Positions 1-8,874 of a DNA stretch of 64,000 nt are shown one piece after another. The stretch comes from an uncultured Verrucomicrobiota bacterium. Lineage in GTDB: Bacteria; Verrucomicrobiota; Verrucomicrobiia; Limisphaerales; J093. A program made the position numbers and the translations under genes. The DNA is taken from the NCBI GenBank assembly GCA_964411985.1, contig CAYPNF010000005.1:108974-172973 (forward strand). Reading direction: 5' to 3'. Position 1 is the first letter of the stretch; every line of letters starts with the position of its first letter. The notes under the pieces were generated by a model, which worked only from the letters and a program-made list of their open reading frames with translations, was not told the origin of the DNA and made no database searches.

Positions 1-830
1 TGAAAAAGAATGCGGCTTTCCTGGCATGCTTGGCGGTGTCGCCCGTTTTCGCCCAACTTCCCATCTCGGACCTGGAGGCGATTACCGGCGGGACTTTTCT
101 GAACTTCAGGAATAAAACGACGGGGGAAGATCGCAACGGGGTCACGATATCCCCCTTGACTTTGGGGGCTGACGTGACCGACCCCAGGAGCGGCGCTTCC
201 GTAAACTGGCGCGTTGAGGATACTTCCGACAGTGCGTTCTTCGTTGGTGGCCAGTCCGTCGAAGACGACAACAGACGAAGCGGCCTTGTGTCGGGTACTG
301 CCACCCCCGTCGAGCCTGTCGTCGGTACCAGCTATAACCCATTCTCCGTGACCCTCAGCGGTCTGACGGCTGGAACTACCTACTCGCTGAAAGTCGTGGC
401 GGCAGGTCGCCGTTCTGACCCCGTCAGCGATCCGAGTGGCCTGCTTCAGGGCCTCAGACCCGACGCCGGTATTTACAGCTATGACTTCTCCTACGGCTCG
501 AGCGCTGGGTCGTTGACGACAGTCGCCAACACTGCGGCTGGAACGCTGCTTAAGGAGGCCAAAGCGGGCAGTCCCCTCGTAGTTGGCACCGTCAGCTATT
601 ATTACTACACGGGCTCGTATGCTTGTGACATCGGTAATTGGACCGCAGACGGCAGCGGCAACATAAGCCTGTATTTGGGCGAGGGTGCAGTCAATACAGT
701 GCTTACCGGCGCGCGCACCATGCTGGATGGGCTCGTCATTGCGCCTGTGCCCGAGCCGCAAATGCTGGTGCCGGTCGCCATGGGACTGGCCGGTGTCGCT
801 CTGCTGCGGCGCCGAAGTCGAACTGCCTAA
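1..830 (+). CDS. PEP-CTERM sorting-domain secreted protein; 5' end partial, ATG apparently 1 nt before the window start
   Basis: The frame of ORF 30..830 stays open back to position 3 and encodes a signal-peptide-like N-terminus (KKNAAFLACLAVSPVFAQ). The C-terminus PVPEPQMLVPVAMGLAGVALLRRRSRTA is a PEP motif + hydrophobic helix + Arg-rich tail, i.e. an exosortase sorting signal. The mature part is Thr/Ser/Gly-rich. Confidence 0.7.
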   Translation, partial: KKNAAFLACLAVSPVFAQLPISDLEAITGGTFLNFRNKTTGEDRNGVTISPLTLGADVTDPRSGASVNWRVEDTSDSAFFVGGQSVEDDNRRSGLVSGTATPVEPVVGTSYNPFSVTLSGLTAGTTYSLKVVAAGRRSDPVSDPSGLLQGLRPDAGIYSYDFSYGSSAGSLTTVANTAAGTLLKEAKAGSPLVVGTVSYYYYTGSYACDIGNWTADGSGNISLYLGEGAVNTVLTGARTMLDGLVIAPVPEPQMLVPVAMGLAGVALLRRRSRTA

Positions 831-912
831 CCGTGACGCTCCATGTTTCGCCACACCTTGGTCGGCGGGGGGGGCGAGTCTGGCCCGAGGGGCATAGGCT
901 CCCCTCGCTGCA

Positions 913-1764
913 TCATGGCCTCAAGTGCTGACGAAACTCCGTCGGACTCATGTGAGTGTGGTGGCGGAAGAAGTAACTGAACTGGAACTCATTGGAAAAG
1001 TTCAATTGCGCCGCGACATCCTTGATTCGAAGTCGCTCATCGGTGAGGAGCAACCGCGCCTGGTCGAGCCGGACACGGTGGATGTTCTCATGGAGGGTCC
1101 CTTGGCCCGACTTCCGAAACATGGCGCGTAGAACCGAATAGCTGACTTTGGCCAGAGCGGCAAGTTCCTTGGCCCGCCAATCGCGGAGCGGATTGGCGGC
1201 GATGGCGTTGAGCACCCTCACGACGGGGGCAGGTAGTTCCTTGTGAGGTGAGATCAGCAAACCGCGGGACATCAGGAGTTTTCCCAGCATGCTGGTGATG
1301 AGCATGTGCACTTGCCACTCCCAGCCCGTGGGTGTTCGCCGCACCATCCGCAAGAGTTCCTTGTACGTTTGCTTCACGAAACCAAAATCGTCCAGGGCGA
1401 ACTCCGTGTTCTCGATGAGCCGAATCTCCTCGTGCCAGACTTCCAAGGCGGGACCACCAAAGCGGAATCCAGTGAACGTGAGTTGGCCCCGAGTCGATGG
1501 AAGGTAGGTGCGGGGTTTGCCCATATCTACCAACCAGACTTTTCGCCCGGTGGTGAGCGCGAAGTGCCCTGTTTCATGTTCGAGAATACCCTGGCCCGAC
1601 TGGACCCAGAAGAGGTGCGCCCCCGGCTTTTCGAAGGATGTGTGATGATCTGGTTCCACGATCCGCCGCGTTCCAATGGAGAACAAATGCCAGAGCAGGC
1701 GACGGGCGATCGGGGAGGGGTCCACAAAGACGAGTTTGTTGGATGGGGTCAATGACTTTGGCAT
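913..1764 (-). CDS. AraC-family transcriptional regulator (N-terminal cupin-like sensor + C-terminal HTH); longest ORF would extend to 1839
   Basis: The C-terminal region LAALAKVSYSVLRAMFRKSGQGTLHENIHRVRLDQARLLLTDERLRIKDVAAQLNFSNEFQFSYFFRHHTHMSPTEFR is a typical AraC double HTH. Start chosen at the internal Met (MPKSLTP). It is divergent to the large surface protein gene. Confidence 0.75.
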   Translation of the reverse strand: MPKSLTPSNKLVFVDPSPIARRLLWHLFSIGTRRIVEPDHHTSFEKPGAHLFWVQSGQGILEHETGHFALTTGRKVWLVDMGKPRTYLPSTRGQLTFTGFRFGGPALEVWHEEIRLIENTEFALDDFGFVKQTYKELLRMVRRTPTGWEWQVHMLITSMLGKLLMSRGLLISPHKELPAPVVRVLNAIAANPLRDWRAKELAALAKVSYSVLRAMFRKSGQGTLHENIHRVRLDQARLLLTDERLRIKDVAAQLNFSNEFQFSYFFRHHTHMSPTEFRQHLRP

Positions 1765-1939
1765 AGACCCGTGTTTAGCAGATTCGGAAGCAGGGTGTCT
1801 ACCGTAACCGCAAAAGGCACGGCATTGAGCAGTTTTCATATGGACTGTGCCAGATACAGTATGGACGACAAATCAGGAGGAACGCATGCTGGATTCACTG
1901 AATGACACCCGTGACCCGAATCCCCGAGTTCTTCCAACC

Positions 1940-4900
1940 ATGAAAAGACCGACCCTTGCTTTCGCTGTCGGCGCATTCCTCGCGCTTTGCTCCACGTCTG
2001 GCATTGCCGCCGTGCCTGTAGTCGTCTCGACCGTTGAGGACTGGAACGGCCTGGTGAACCCCCACGAAGCGGATGGCGTGACTCTGACCGGGACAGGTGC
2101 GCCCGGAGATCCTGCGGTCTACACGATTCCTTCAGGCCTGACGATTACGGCGGGGGGGGGCATTCGTCTTACCTCCAATCTCGATGACGCTGGCGATAGC
2201 GCCAACATCACTTTTGTCTTGGAGAAGGGGGACCTGCAGATCGAGGAAGGCGGGTTCCTGGAGACCTGTTTGGGCAATCGTGGTGACAACCGGGAATTCG
2301 TGCTCGATCTTGGAGGCGGTTCCGTGAAAGGCGCCGGACGCATCGTCGGTCTTCGCGCCGAAGGCCCCCGAAACCGGAAGCCACGTGGGGTGACGATTCA
2401 GAATGTCGTCAACGTGAGCCTCAAGGAAATCGATCTGCACGTGGAAGACATCAGCAGCGAAGTGCCGGGGGCCCTGAAAATAGTGGCAACCGGCCGAGTG
2501 CACATACCGGGAAAGGTCGATATCAGCGATATCGACACCGGTGGGAATCCAGTCAATGACATCCGTATCGATGCGGAATCCATCGAGATTGGGAGCTTGG
2601 ATACCCGTTCCCTCCGTCCGGCAGGTCGGCGCAGCGGGAGTATTTTCCTGAGGGCGTTGTCAGCTGAGGGAGGCTTTGATCCTGCGGCCGGGGGTAACAC
2701 CATTTCGAATCGCGTGACCCTGAATGGCCCCATCCGAACCGATGGTCTTGGTGACGGTGGCAACGTGACCGTTCAGGGCGTCGTCCTGCAGGTCGGAGGT
2801 AACTTCGGGTTGGCAACCGCGCGGGGAAGTGCCGTGACTCTGAACGCAGGTGTTGATACTCTGGGCACGCCCAAGAACGATCTTTTCATTGACAGCGCCG
2901 GCGCGAATATCGCCCCGCTGGTGAAGTATGCGGTCCAGTGGAACGGGATCGCCGCTGCGGGCAGCGCTCCGGCCTTTTCCACTGACCCGATGACTCGAGC
3001 CAAGGCGGTCCCTGATGCGCCGTACACCGCAACGCTCGCCGGAAGCGCGACGGATCCGGATAACAACACGCTGACTTTTGCCCGTGGGATGGGGCCCGCC
3101 TGGCTTTCTGTGGCCCCGGACGGATCCCTCTCGGGGACACCGACTGCCGGAGATGCAGGCATGAACTCCTGGACCATCTCTGTCAGCGACGGCACACGTG
3201 TGGACATCGCCCAGTTGCGAATCGGCGTGAGTGGCCGCCCCACGTTCCTCACGCATCCCGTGTTGAAACCCAACGGGGCCCAGAATCAACCCTACGCGGA
3301 TACACTCGCGGATACCGCCGCAGATCCTGACGGCGATCCGGTCACTTTTGCGAAACTGGATGGACCTGCATGGTTGAGCGTTGCCGCGAATGGTGCCTTG
3401 AGCGGGACACCCCCCTCGACGGCTACCTCCACGAACCAGTGGACTGTGACGGTTTCCGACGCCACCGGATCCGATAGTGCCCAACTCGTCATTGTTGTGG
3501 GTGGTGTGCCTCGCTGGCTCTCGGACCCGGTCATCAAGCCTGTGGCTAGATCTGGATTGGCCTACGCCGGTTCCGGGCAGACCCTCGCCTTGGATGCGAT
3601 CGATCCCGATGGTGGCCCAGTACAATTCGAAAAGGTTAGCGGTCCTTCCTGGCTCCAGGTTGCCTCGGGTGGTGCCCTGTCCGGGACTCCATCCGATGCT
3701 GACGTCGGAGTTCAGTCGTGGACGGTGCGGGCTTCGGATGGGACGGGGGACAGCGTGGCTACCCTGAAGATCGAAGTCTTTGCCAAGAATGCCACGATCG
3801 AGATCAGCCGTACGGAAGTGTGGGACGGTGTCCAGAACCCGCACGCAGCCGAAGGAGTGGCCCTTACCGGTACTGGCACCGCTGAGGACCCTGCAGTTTA
3901 CACGATTCCCAACGGGCTACGGTTTACCCCGAGCGGAGCCATTCAGATGACGAGTCAGGGCGGGCCGGACAACCATATCAAGTTCGTGGTCTCTGGCGGG
4001 AACATCGAGATGGCATCGGGCTCGGTCATCAATCTGGGCCGCTTGAAGCGCGAAGACCTTTCGACCTGCCTTCTCGACTTGGGTGGTGGCAGTATCCTCG
4101 GCTCCGGGCAGATCCTAGGCCTTCTCCTTTCCGATGACTCTCCACGGCAGCTTACTATCGAGAACGCAAAGGATATCTCGCTCTCCAGCATTGACCTGCA
4201 CGTGGTCAATGCAAACAACGGGAACCGAAACCTTACAATCACGGCCTCAGGCGTGGTCACCATCCCAGCGATTGACATTGGCGACCGGGATTCGGGCGGG
4301 AATCAGGTTGGCAGTGTGATTGTGAAGGCTGACAGCATCATGGTTGGCTCGATCGACGTCCGGAGCATGCGCACTGGTTCCTACCGTGGCAACGGAAACA
4401 TCGAACTGACTGCCTTGGGCGCCCCGGCCTATGACCCCGCCGCGGCGGCAGGGAACGACTTCGCCAACCAGATTGTGGTTACGGGCAGACTCCGATCCCG
4501 TGGTCCTGAGGTGCCCCCTTCGCCTGGGACGGACGGCAACATCACCCTTCAAGGCGTAGCGGTCCATCTGGACTCCTCGGTTGGCCCGGAAGTACCGGAG
4601 GGTTCAACGGTCACGGTGAGCGCCGGGGTAATCCGGAGCGGCACGGTGGCTGGAGACCTTTTCTCGGATCTCTCCGGCACGGTGACGGCCCAACACACTG
4701 TGGAGTGGAGTGGAGGAGTCTCTGTGCCAAGTGCGCCAACCCTGCTGGGAGTAGAGAGTTTTGCAGCCACGGCACTTCGCATCACATGGAGTACCGCAGA
4801 TTTGTTAGCGACCGAATTCCTGGTGGAGCAATCAACTGATGGGGCGGTTTTCACCCAGGCCGCCGCTCTTCCGGGGGGCGTACGGCGCTGCGAAATTGGC

Positions 4901-5668
4901 GGTTTGGCTGCCAACCAAACCTACTACTTCCGTTTGAGAAGCAGCAATTCGGCAGGCACTTCCGCATGGTCGGGTGTGGGCTCCGCTACCACCCCTGACT
5001 GGGGTATCAATGTCAACTTTGCGAGCAGCGAATTCAAGACGGGCGAGCCGGGCTACCCCATCCCCGGGTATCGGGACGACTATGGTGACGTTTTTGGGGA
5101 TCGCGGCAACGGGCAGTCGTATGGTTGGCTTGAGGATAACACCGCGACCACCCGTGTTCGCCGTGCGAGCAATTCGCCAGATCCACGCTACGATACGCTC
5201 ATACACCTTCAGCGGAATGGCGATTTCGTTTGGGAGATGGCTCTCCCCAACGGCTCCTACCAGGTGCGCGTGGTGGCAGGTGATCCTGGAGCTACCGACA
5301 GCATGTTCCAGTTTGATCTGGAGGGCCAGATCACGGATGCCCTGAAGCCTTCCGCAGTCGGAAACGCATACTGGGTTGAGTTCAAAAAGTCCTGCACGGT
5401 ATCCGACGGGAGGCTTACCGTCCGCAGCGGGTCCCAGGCAACCAACAACAAGATCTGTTTCATAGACATCCTTCGAGCATTTGCTGAACCGCCGGCGATC
5501 AAGTCCGTATCGCTAAGCGGCGGCAATGTCAGCATCCAGTGGACTGGCGGCGGCACGCTGCAGGCGGCTCCCAGCATCGAGTCTGTGGCGTGGGTGGATG
5601 TTGCCACCGGAGGGACGTGGACGGAACCTGCCACCGGCGGCGCAAGATTCTACCGAGTGCGACGGTAG
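1940..5668 (+). CDS. Giant secreted surface/adhesin-like protein: duplicated ~280-aa beta-helix-like module, three dystroglycan/cadherin-like Ig domains, FN3 and a malectin/CBM-like C-terminal region
   Basis: Signal peptide at the internal Met (MKRPTLAFAVGAFLALCSTSGIAAV); the ORF tool start is 1847. Two homologous blocks (VEDWNGLVNPHEADGVTLTGTGAPGDPAVYTIPSGL... and TEVWDGVQNPHAAEGVALTGTGTAEDPAVYTIPNGL...). Three repeats of the type DPDNNTLTFARGMGPAWLSVAPDGSLSGTP (cadherin-like/He_PIG). An FN3-like stretch (YYFRLRSSNSAGTSAWS). Confidence 0.7.
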   Translation: MKRPTLAFAVGAFLALCSTSGIAAVPVVVSTVEDWNGLVNPHEADGVTLTGTGAPGDPAVYTIPSGLTITAGGGIRLTSNLDDAGDSANITFVLEKGDLQIEEGGFLETCLGNRGDNREFVLDLGGGSVKGAGRIVGLRAEGPRNRKPRGVTIQNVVNVSLKEIDLHVEDISSEVPGALKIVATGRVHIPGKVDISDIDTGGNPVNDIRIDAESIEIGSLDTRSLRPAGRRSGSIFLRALSAEGGFDPAAGGNTISNRVTLNGPIRTDGLGDGGNVTVQGVVLQVGGNFGLATARGSAVTLNAGVDTLGTPKNDLFIDSAGANIAPLVKYAVQWNGIAAAGSAPAFSTDPMTRAKAVPDAPYTATLAGSATDPDNNTLTFARGMGPAWLSVAPDGSLSGTPTAGDAGMNSWTISVSDGTRVDIAQLRIGVSGRPTFLTHPVLKPNGAQNQPYADTLADTAADPDGDPVTFAKLDGPAWLSVAANGALSGTPPSTATSTNQWTVTVSDATGSDSAQLVIVVGGVPRWLSDPVIKPVARSGLAYAGSGQTLALDAIDPDGGPVQFEKVSGPSWLQVASGGALSGTPSDADVGVQSWTVRASDGTGDSVATLKIEVFAKNATIEISRTEVWDGVQNPHAAEGVALTGTGTAEDPAVYTIPNGLRFTPSGAIQMTSQGGPDNHIKFVVSGGNIEMASGSVINLGRLKREDLSTCLLDLGGGSILGSGQILGLLLSDDSPRQLTIENAKDISLSSIDLHVVNANNGNRNLTITASGVVTIPAIDIGDRDSGGNQVGSVIVKADSIMVGSIDVRSMRTGSYRGNGNIELTALGAPAYDPAAAAGNDFANQIVVTGRLRSRGPEVPPSPGTDGNITLQGVAVHLDSSVGPEVPEGSTVTVSAGVIRSGTVAGDLFSDLSGTVTAQHTVEWSGGVSVPSAPTLLGVESFAATALRITWSTADLLATEFLVEQSTDGAVFTQAAALPGGVRRCEIGGLAANQTYYFRLRSSNSAGTSAWSGVGSATTPDWGINVNFASSEFKTGEPGYPIPGYRDDYGDVFGDRGNGQSYGWLEDNTATTRVRRASNSPDPRYDTLIHLQRNGDFVWEMALPNGSYQVRVVAGDPGATDSMFQFDLEGQITDALKPSAVGNAYWVEFKKSCTVSDGRLTVRSGSQATNNKICFIDILRAFAEPPAIKSVSLSGGNVSIQWTGGGTLQAAPSIESVAWVDVATGGTWTEPATGGARFYRVRR

Positions 5669-5680
5669 CTGTTTTGGACT

Positions 5681-5710
5681 GCCCGAGGGGCACAACGAGG
5701 CTCCTCGGGC
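5681..5710 (+). terminator. GC-rich hairpin just after the stop of the giant protein gene (8-bp stem gcccgagg/cctcgggc); no U-tract, so a weak or non-canonical terminator
   Basis: Inverted repeat read directly: gcccgagg ggcacaacgaggct cctcgggc. Confidence 0.2.
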
Positions 5711-5803
5711 GGCCCTGCCTGCGTGCCGTCCGCTTGAGGCGCTCGAGACTTGCGCCTATTTAGAAAGCGATCGCTTATGGACCATTCTTTCCCATTTCCT
5801 GGC

Positions 5804-6625
5804 ATGCGCCCGCCTTTCGGGACAACTCTCCGACACCACCGCACCGGTCCGCATGGAACCCTTCATCGATGCTACGGCTTTACCTTGATAGAGCTGCTTG
5901 TCGTGATTGCGATCATCGCCATTCTTGCTGGCATGCTTCTGCCGGCGCTGAGCAAGGCCAAAGGTAAAGGCCAACGCACCGCTTGCCTCAACAACATGCG
6001 CCAAGTTGGGCTGGCCTTGGCCATGTATGTCGATGATAATCACGGCGGCATGCCTCCGATAACCCGTGCTTTGTTTGATTTCGCCAGCCAGACAGCGCCT
6101 GACAATTTCCTGAAGGCGCTGCTGCCCTACGTTGGGAGTTCGACAGGCACGAACCGTGCCACCCCTGTCTATGCCTGCCCAACCCTCAAACCCTCTCCAC
6201 TGCCTGCATACAAACCGACGAAGGCGAGCGATTCCGGCTTACTCGCCAATGCCCTGGTCCTGCAACGAAAGGTCGAACAGGTTGCCAATCCGAGTCTCGT
6301 GATTGTACTCCAGGAAAACTGGTGCCGTTGGAATTACCTGCTCAACCAGCCGGAAGGTAGCGACCAAGGGGGGTATACCCAATGGCACACTTGGACGGCA
6401 ACAACAGACACCTCGACTGGGTGGAGTGGAACCGCCCGCGAGCACTTTTCCAACGTGCATGAGCAGGGAGGAAACCTGGTCCACGTGGACGGTCATGCGG
6501 GCTACCGAAAGTATCGGAGTCTGACCAGCGGTGACTTTGGCCTAGTGGACCCATCTACCAAACGGAGCGATGCCTACCAGCCGACGGAGGCACATTCCCG
6601 CAAAACCTATGCGCCAGCCTTCTAG
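5804..6625 (+). CDS. Prepilin-type N-terminal cleavage/methylation protein with C-terminal H-X9-DG motif (DUF1559-type pseudopilin-like protein)
   Basis: G|[28 protein letters not shown] is the class III signal with cleavage site and a Glu at +5. The C-terminus carries [12 protein letters not shown] (H-X9-DG). Start set at the Met giving a 25-aa basic leader; the ORF tool start is 5750. Confidence 0.75.
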   Translation: MRPPFGTTLRHHRTGPHGTLHRCYGFTLIELLVVIAIIAILAGMLLPALSKAKGKGQRTACLNNMRQVGLALAMYVDDNHGGMPPITRALFDFASQTAPDNFLKALLPYVGSSTGTNRATPVYACPTLKPSPLPAYKPTKASDSGLLANALVLQRKVEQVANPSLVIVLQENWCRWNYLLNQPEGSDQGGYTQWHTWTATTDTSTGWSGTAREHFSNVHEQGGNLVHVDGHAGYRKYRSLTSGDFGLVDPSTKRSDAYQPTEAHSRKTYAPAF

Positions 6626-6696
6626 AGTGTTCTATCATCAGGATACCTTACTGTGAAGGGATAAAAGAGAGTCACACAAGTTGAAAGGCAGCGTGA

Positions 6697-7293
6697 ATGT
6701 CAATGCATGGTAGAGTGGACGATCTCGTCAAGCTTGTGCACCCAACAAGTCGCCTTCGACGGGGACTGGACCTGCTGATGAGCTTTCAAGCCGGTTGCCT
6801 GCCCGATGTGTCCGCGCGCCTTTGCAGTTTGCGGCCAGGAGAATCCTGCCGTTTCGATCTGGAGGGGGGTGCCTTCTACCTGCTCTGCCAGTGCTACTTT
6901 CCAAAGCAGCGAGAGGAGGGACGGTTCGAAGCGCATGCACGCCACACGGACCTGCACTTTCTCTGGAGTGGCCGGGAATGCATCGAGGTGGACGACCTGC
7001 GAAGTCGAAATGTGCCGGCGGATTACGATAAGAATGGCGATGTGCGTTTCCCCATGGAGGACAACTCCTCTTCCCGGCTCGTGCTGGGCCCGGGACAGGT
7101 GGCGGTCCTTACGCCGGAAGATGCCCATGCCCCATGCCTGCGGCCGGCATTCGGGGGTGGGGAGGTGGTGCTGAAAATAGTGGTGAAGATCCAGGATGCC
7201 CATCTGGCCGAGCTTGAGTCCGCACGCCACGACGGGCTCGATGGACAGGTTGATTCCCGAAAGAGCTTGAGTGGCCTTAACCCCGTAGTATAG
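6697..7293 (+). CDS. YhcH/YjgK/YiaL (DUF386) family protein, the sialic-acid-catabolism-associated cupin-like enzyme family
   Basis: Recalled similarity to E. coli YhcH: HARHTDLHFLWSGRECIEV resembles HARYLDIQIVLKGQE; GQVAVLTPEDAHAPCL resembles GDFVVFYPGEVHKPLC; the C-terminal VLKIVVKI matches. Length ~198 aa. Confidence 0.6.
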   Translation: MSMHGRVDDLVKLVHPTSRLRRGLDLLMSFQAGCLPDVSARLCSLRPGESCRFDLEGGAFYLLCQCYFPKQREEGRFEAHARHTDLHFLWSGRECIEVDDLRSRNVPADYDKNGDVRFPMEDNSSSRLVLGPGQVAVLTPEDAHAPCLRPAFGGGEVVLKIVVKIQDAHLAELESARHDGLDGQVDSRKSLSGLNPVV

Positions 7294-7302
7294 AGTGTTA
7301 CC

Positions 7303-8874
7303 ATGGAGAACTGGCGCTGGTTGGATGGGATCATTGTTGTTTTGTATTTTGTGTTGGTGGCGTGGGTCGGGTTTCGATTCTCGCGGCGGCAGACTTCCAC
7401 CGAAACCTACTTTGCGGCGGGGCGCTCTATTCCGCACTGGGCGATGGGGGTTTCGATGTTCGCCACTCTCATCAGCAGCATCACCTTTATCGCTTATCCC
7501 GGTTCGTCCTATGCGGGGAATTGGAGTGAGCTGGTCCCTGGCTTCATGGTCATCGGTGTGCTCGTGCTGGTGGGAACGGTCTTGGTGCCGTTTTTTCGAC
7601 AAGCCGTCGGTTTGAGTGCTTACGAGTACTTTGGACAGCGCTTCGGCTACGGGGCGCGGGCCTACAGCGGACTCGCGTTCAGCGCCGGGCACTTCTCCAA
7701 AATGGGTTTCGTGCTCTACTTGCTGTCGCTCACCGCGAGCAGCATGACGGGTTGGAACATCTACCTTGTGCTGCTGATCACCGGCGTGGTGACGGTGCTT
7801 TACACCGTGTTCGGCGGGCTGGAGGCGGTGATCTGGACCGACGTGGTGCAAGGCCTTATCATGTGTCTCGGCGTCCTGGTGATTCTGGGTTTTCTCGTCT
7901 ACCTCATGCCGGGCGGCATCGGCGCGGCGTTCGCCCTGGCCAGTGAAAAGGGCAAGTTCAGCCTCGGCAATTCGCAGTGGAATTTTGCCGACAAGACCAG
8001 CCTGTGGGTGATGTCGCTCTATGGGTTCTTCTGGTATCTGCAAAAATACTCCGCTGACCAGACGATTGTGCAGCGTTACCTGGTGGCGAAGTCCGACCGC
8101 GAAGCCCTCAAAGGCGTGGCGCTCGGGGCGTTGATGTGCCTACCCATCTGGACGCTCTTCATGCTCATTGGCACGCTCGTGTGGTGCTATTACCAGCTTT
8201 CCGGCACCGCCTTCCCGCCCGAACTGATGGACAAGGCTGGGAAGGTGATTTCCGACAAAGTGTTCCCGCACTTCCTCGTGACCAGAATCCCGGTGGGTTT
8301 ATCCGGCTTGTTCATGGCGGCGGTCTTTGCGGCAGGAATGTCCACGCTGTCCTCGGATCTCAACTGCCTCTCCGCGGTTGGGGTGGAAGATTATTTCCGC
8401 AAGCTCCGCCCGAATGCCTCTGATGGGCGACGGTTGTTCATGGGCAAGTTGATAGTGGGCGTCTGCGGCGGCGCGGCGGTGGGCATCGCGGCGCTCATTG
8501 CGTGGAAAAGCGAGCGGGTATTGTCACTTTATTACGCCGTGTCTTCCATCATTTCCGGCGGGCTCGCGGGCATGTTCATCCTCGCCTTCCTGAGCCGGCG
8601 TGCCAACAAGGAGGGTCTTTGGGTGGGTATCGTTACCAGCCTGGTCTTCACTGCCTGGGCCACGCTCACGAGCGGGAAGAACAAGATGTTCGATCTCGGC
8701 GATTACAATTTCCCCTGGGCGGGCGTGATGATCGGAGTCGGCGCGCACTTGATCGTGCTGGTTGTCGGCTGGATCGCCAGCTACGGTTTTCCCGCGCCAG
8801 CAGAAGCCACCCGCAGCATGACGCTCTGGGGTTGGCTCGAAAAGCGCAAGACCTTGCCGCCGCACCTAACATGA
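7303..8874 (+). CDS. Sodium:solute symporter (SSS family, SiaT/PutP-like)
   Basis: 523 aa with ~13 hydrophobic helices. The N-terminus WLDGIIVVLYFVLVAWVGFRFSRRQTSTETYFAAGRSIPHWAMGVSMFATLISSITFIAYPG is the SSS signature region. Its stop overlaps the next start (ATGA at 8871-8874). Confidence 0.85.
   Translation: MENWRWLDGIIVVLYFVLVAWVGFRFSRRQTSTETYFAAGRSIPHWAMGVSMFATLISSITFIAYPGSSYAGNWSELVPGFMVIGVLVLVGTVLVPFFRQAVGLSAYEYFGQRFGYGARAYSGLAFSAGHFSKMGFVLYLLSLTASSMTGWNIYLVLLITGVVTVLYTVFGGLEAVIWTDVVQGLIMCLGVLVILGFLVYLMPGGIGAAFALASEKGKFSLGNSQWNFADKTSLWVMSLYGFFWYLQKYSADQTIVQRYLVAKSDREALKGVALGALMCLPIWTLFMLIGTLVWCYYQLSGTAFPPELMDKAGKVISDKVFPHFLVTRIPVGLSGLFMAAVFAAGMSTLSSDLNCLSAVGVEDYFRKLRPNASDGRRLFMGKLIVGVCGGAAVGIAALIAWKSERVLSLYYAVSSIISGGLAGMFILAFLSRRANKEGLWVGIVTSLVFTAWATLTSGKNKMFDLGDYNFPWAGVMIGVGAHLIVLVVGWIASYGFPAPAEATRSMTLWGWLEKRKTLPPHLT

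Noticed and set aside
2660-3844. 394-aa minus-strand ORF inside the giant surface-protein gene (representative of many long antisense ORFs: 34664..36136, 43596..44564, 53765..55021, 19209..20267, 24726..25721, 25725..26375, 8781..9695, 31553..32422, 29570..30406)
   Set aside because: Each overlaps a confidently assigned gene on the opposite strand. The translations are Arg/Pro/Gly-rich with no domain signatures, as expected for high-GC spurious frames.
6700-8043. 447-aa His/Arg-rich ORF on the minus strand
   Set aside because: It lies antisense to the YhcH and SSS symporter genes, both of which have strong family signatures. It is low-complexity and typical of GC-driven open frames.
8502-8870. 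Upstream extension of the Fe-ADH ORF to 8502
   Set aside because: It overlaps the symporter gene in another frame. The ADH homology and the ATGA coupling start at 8871.
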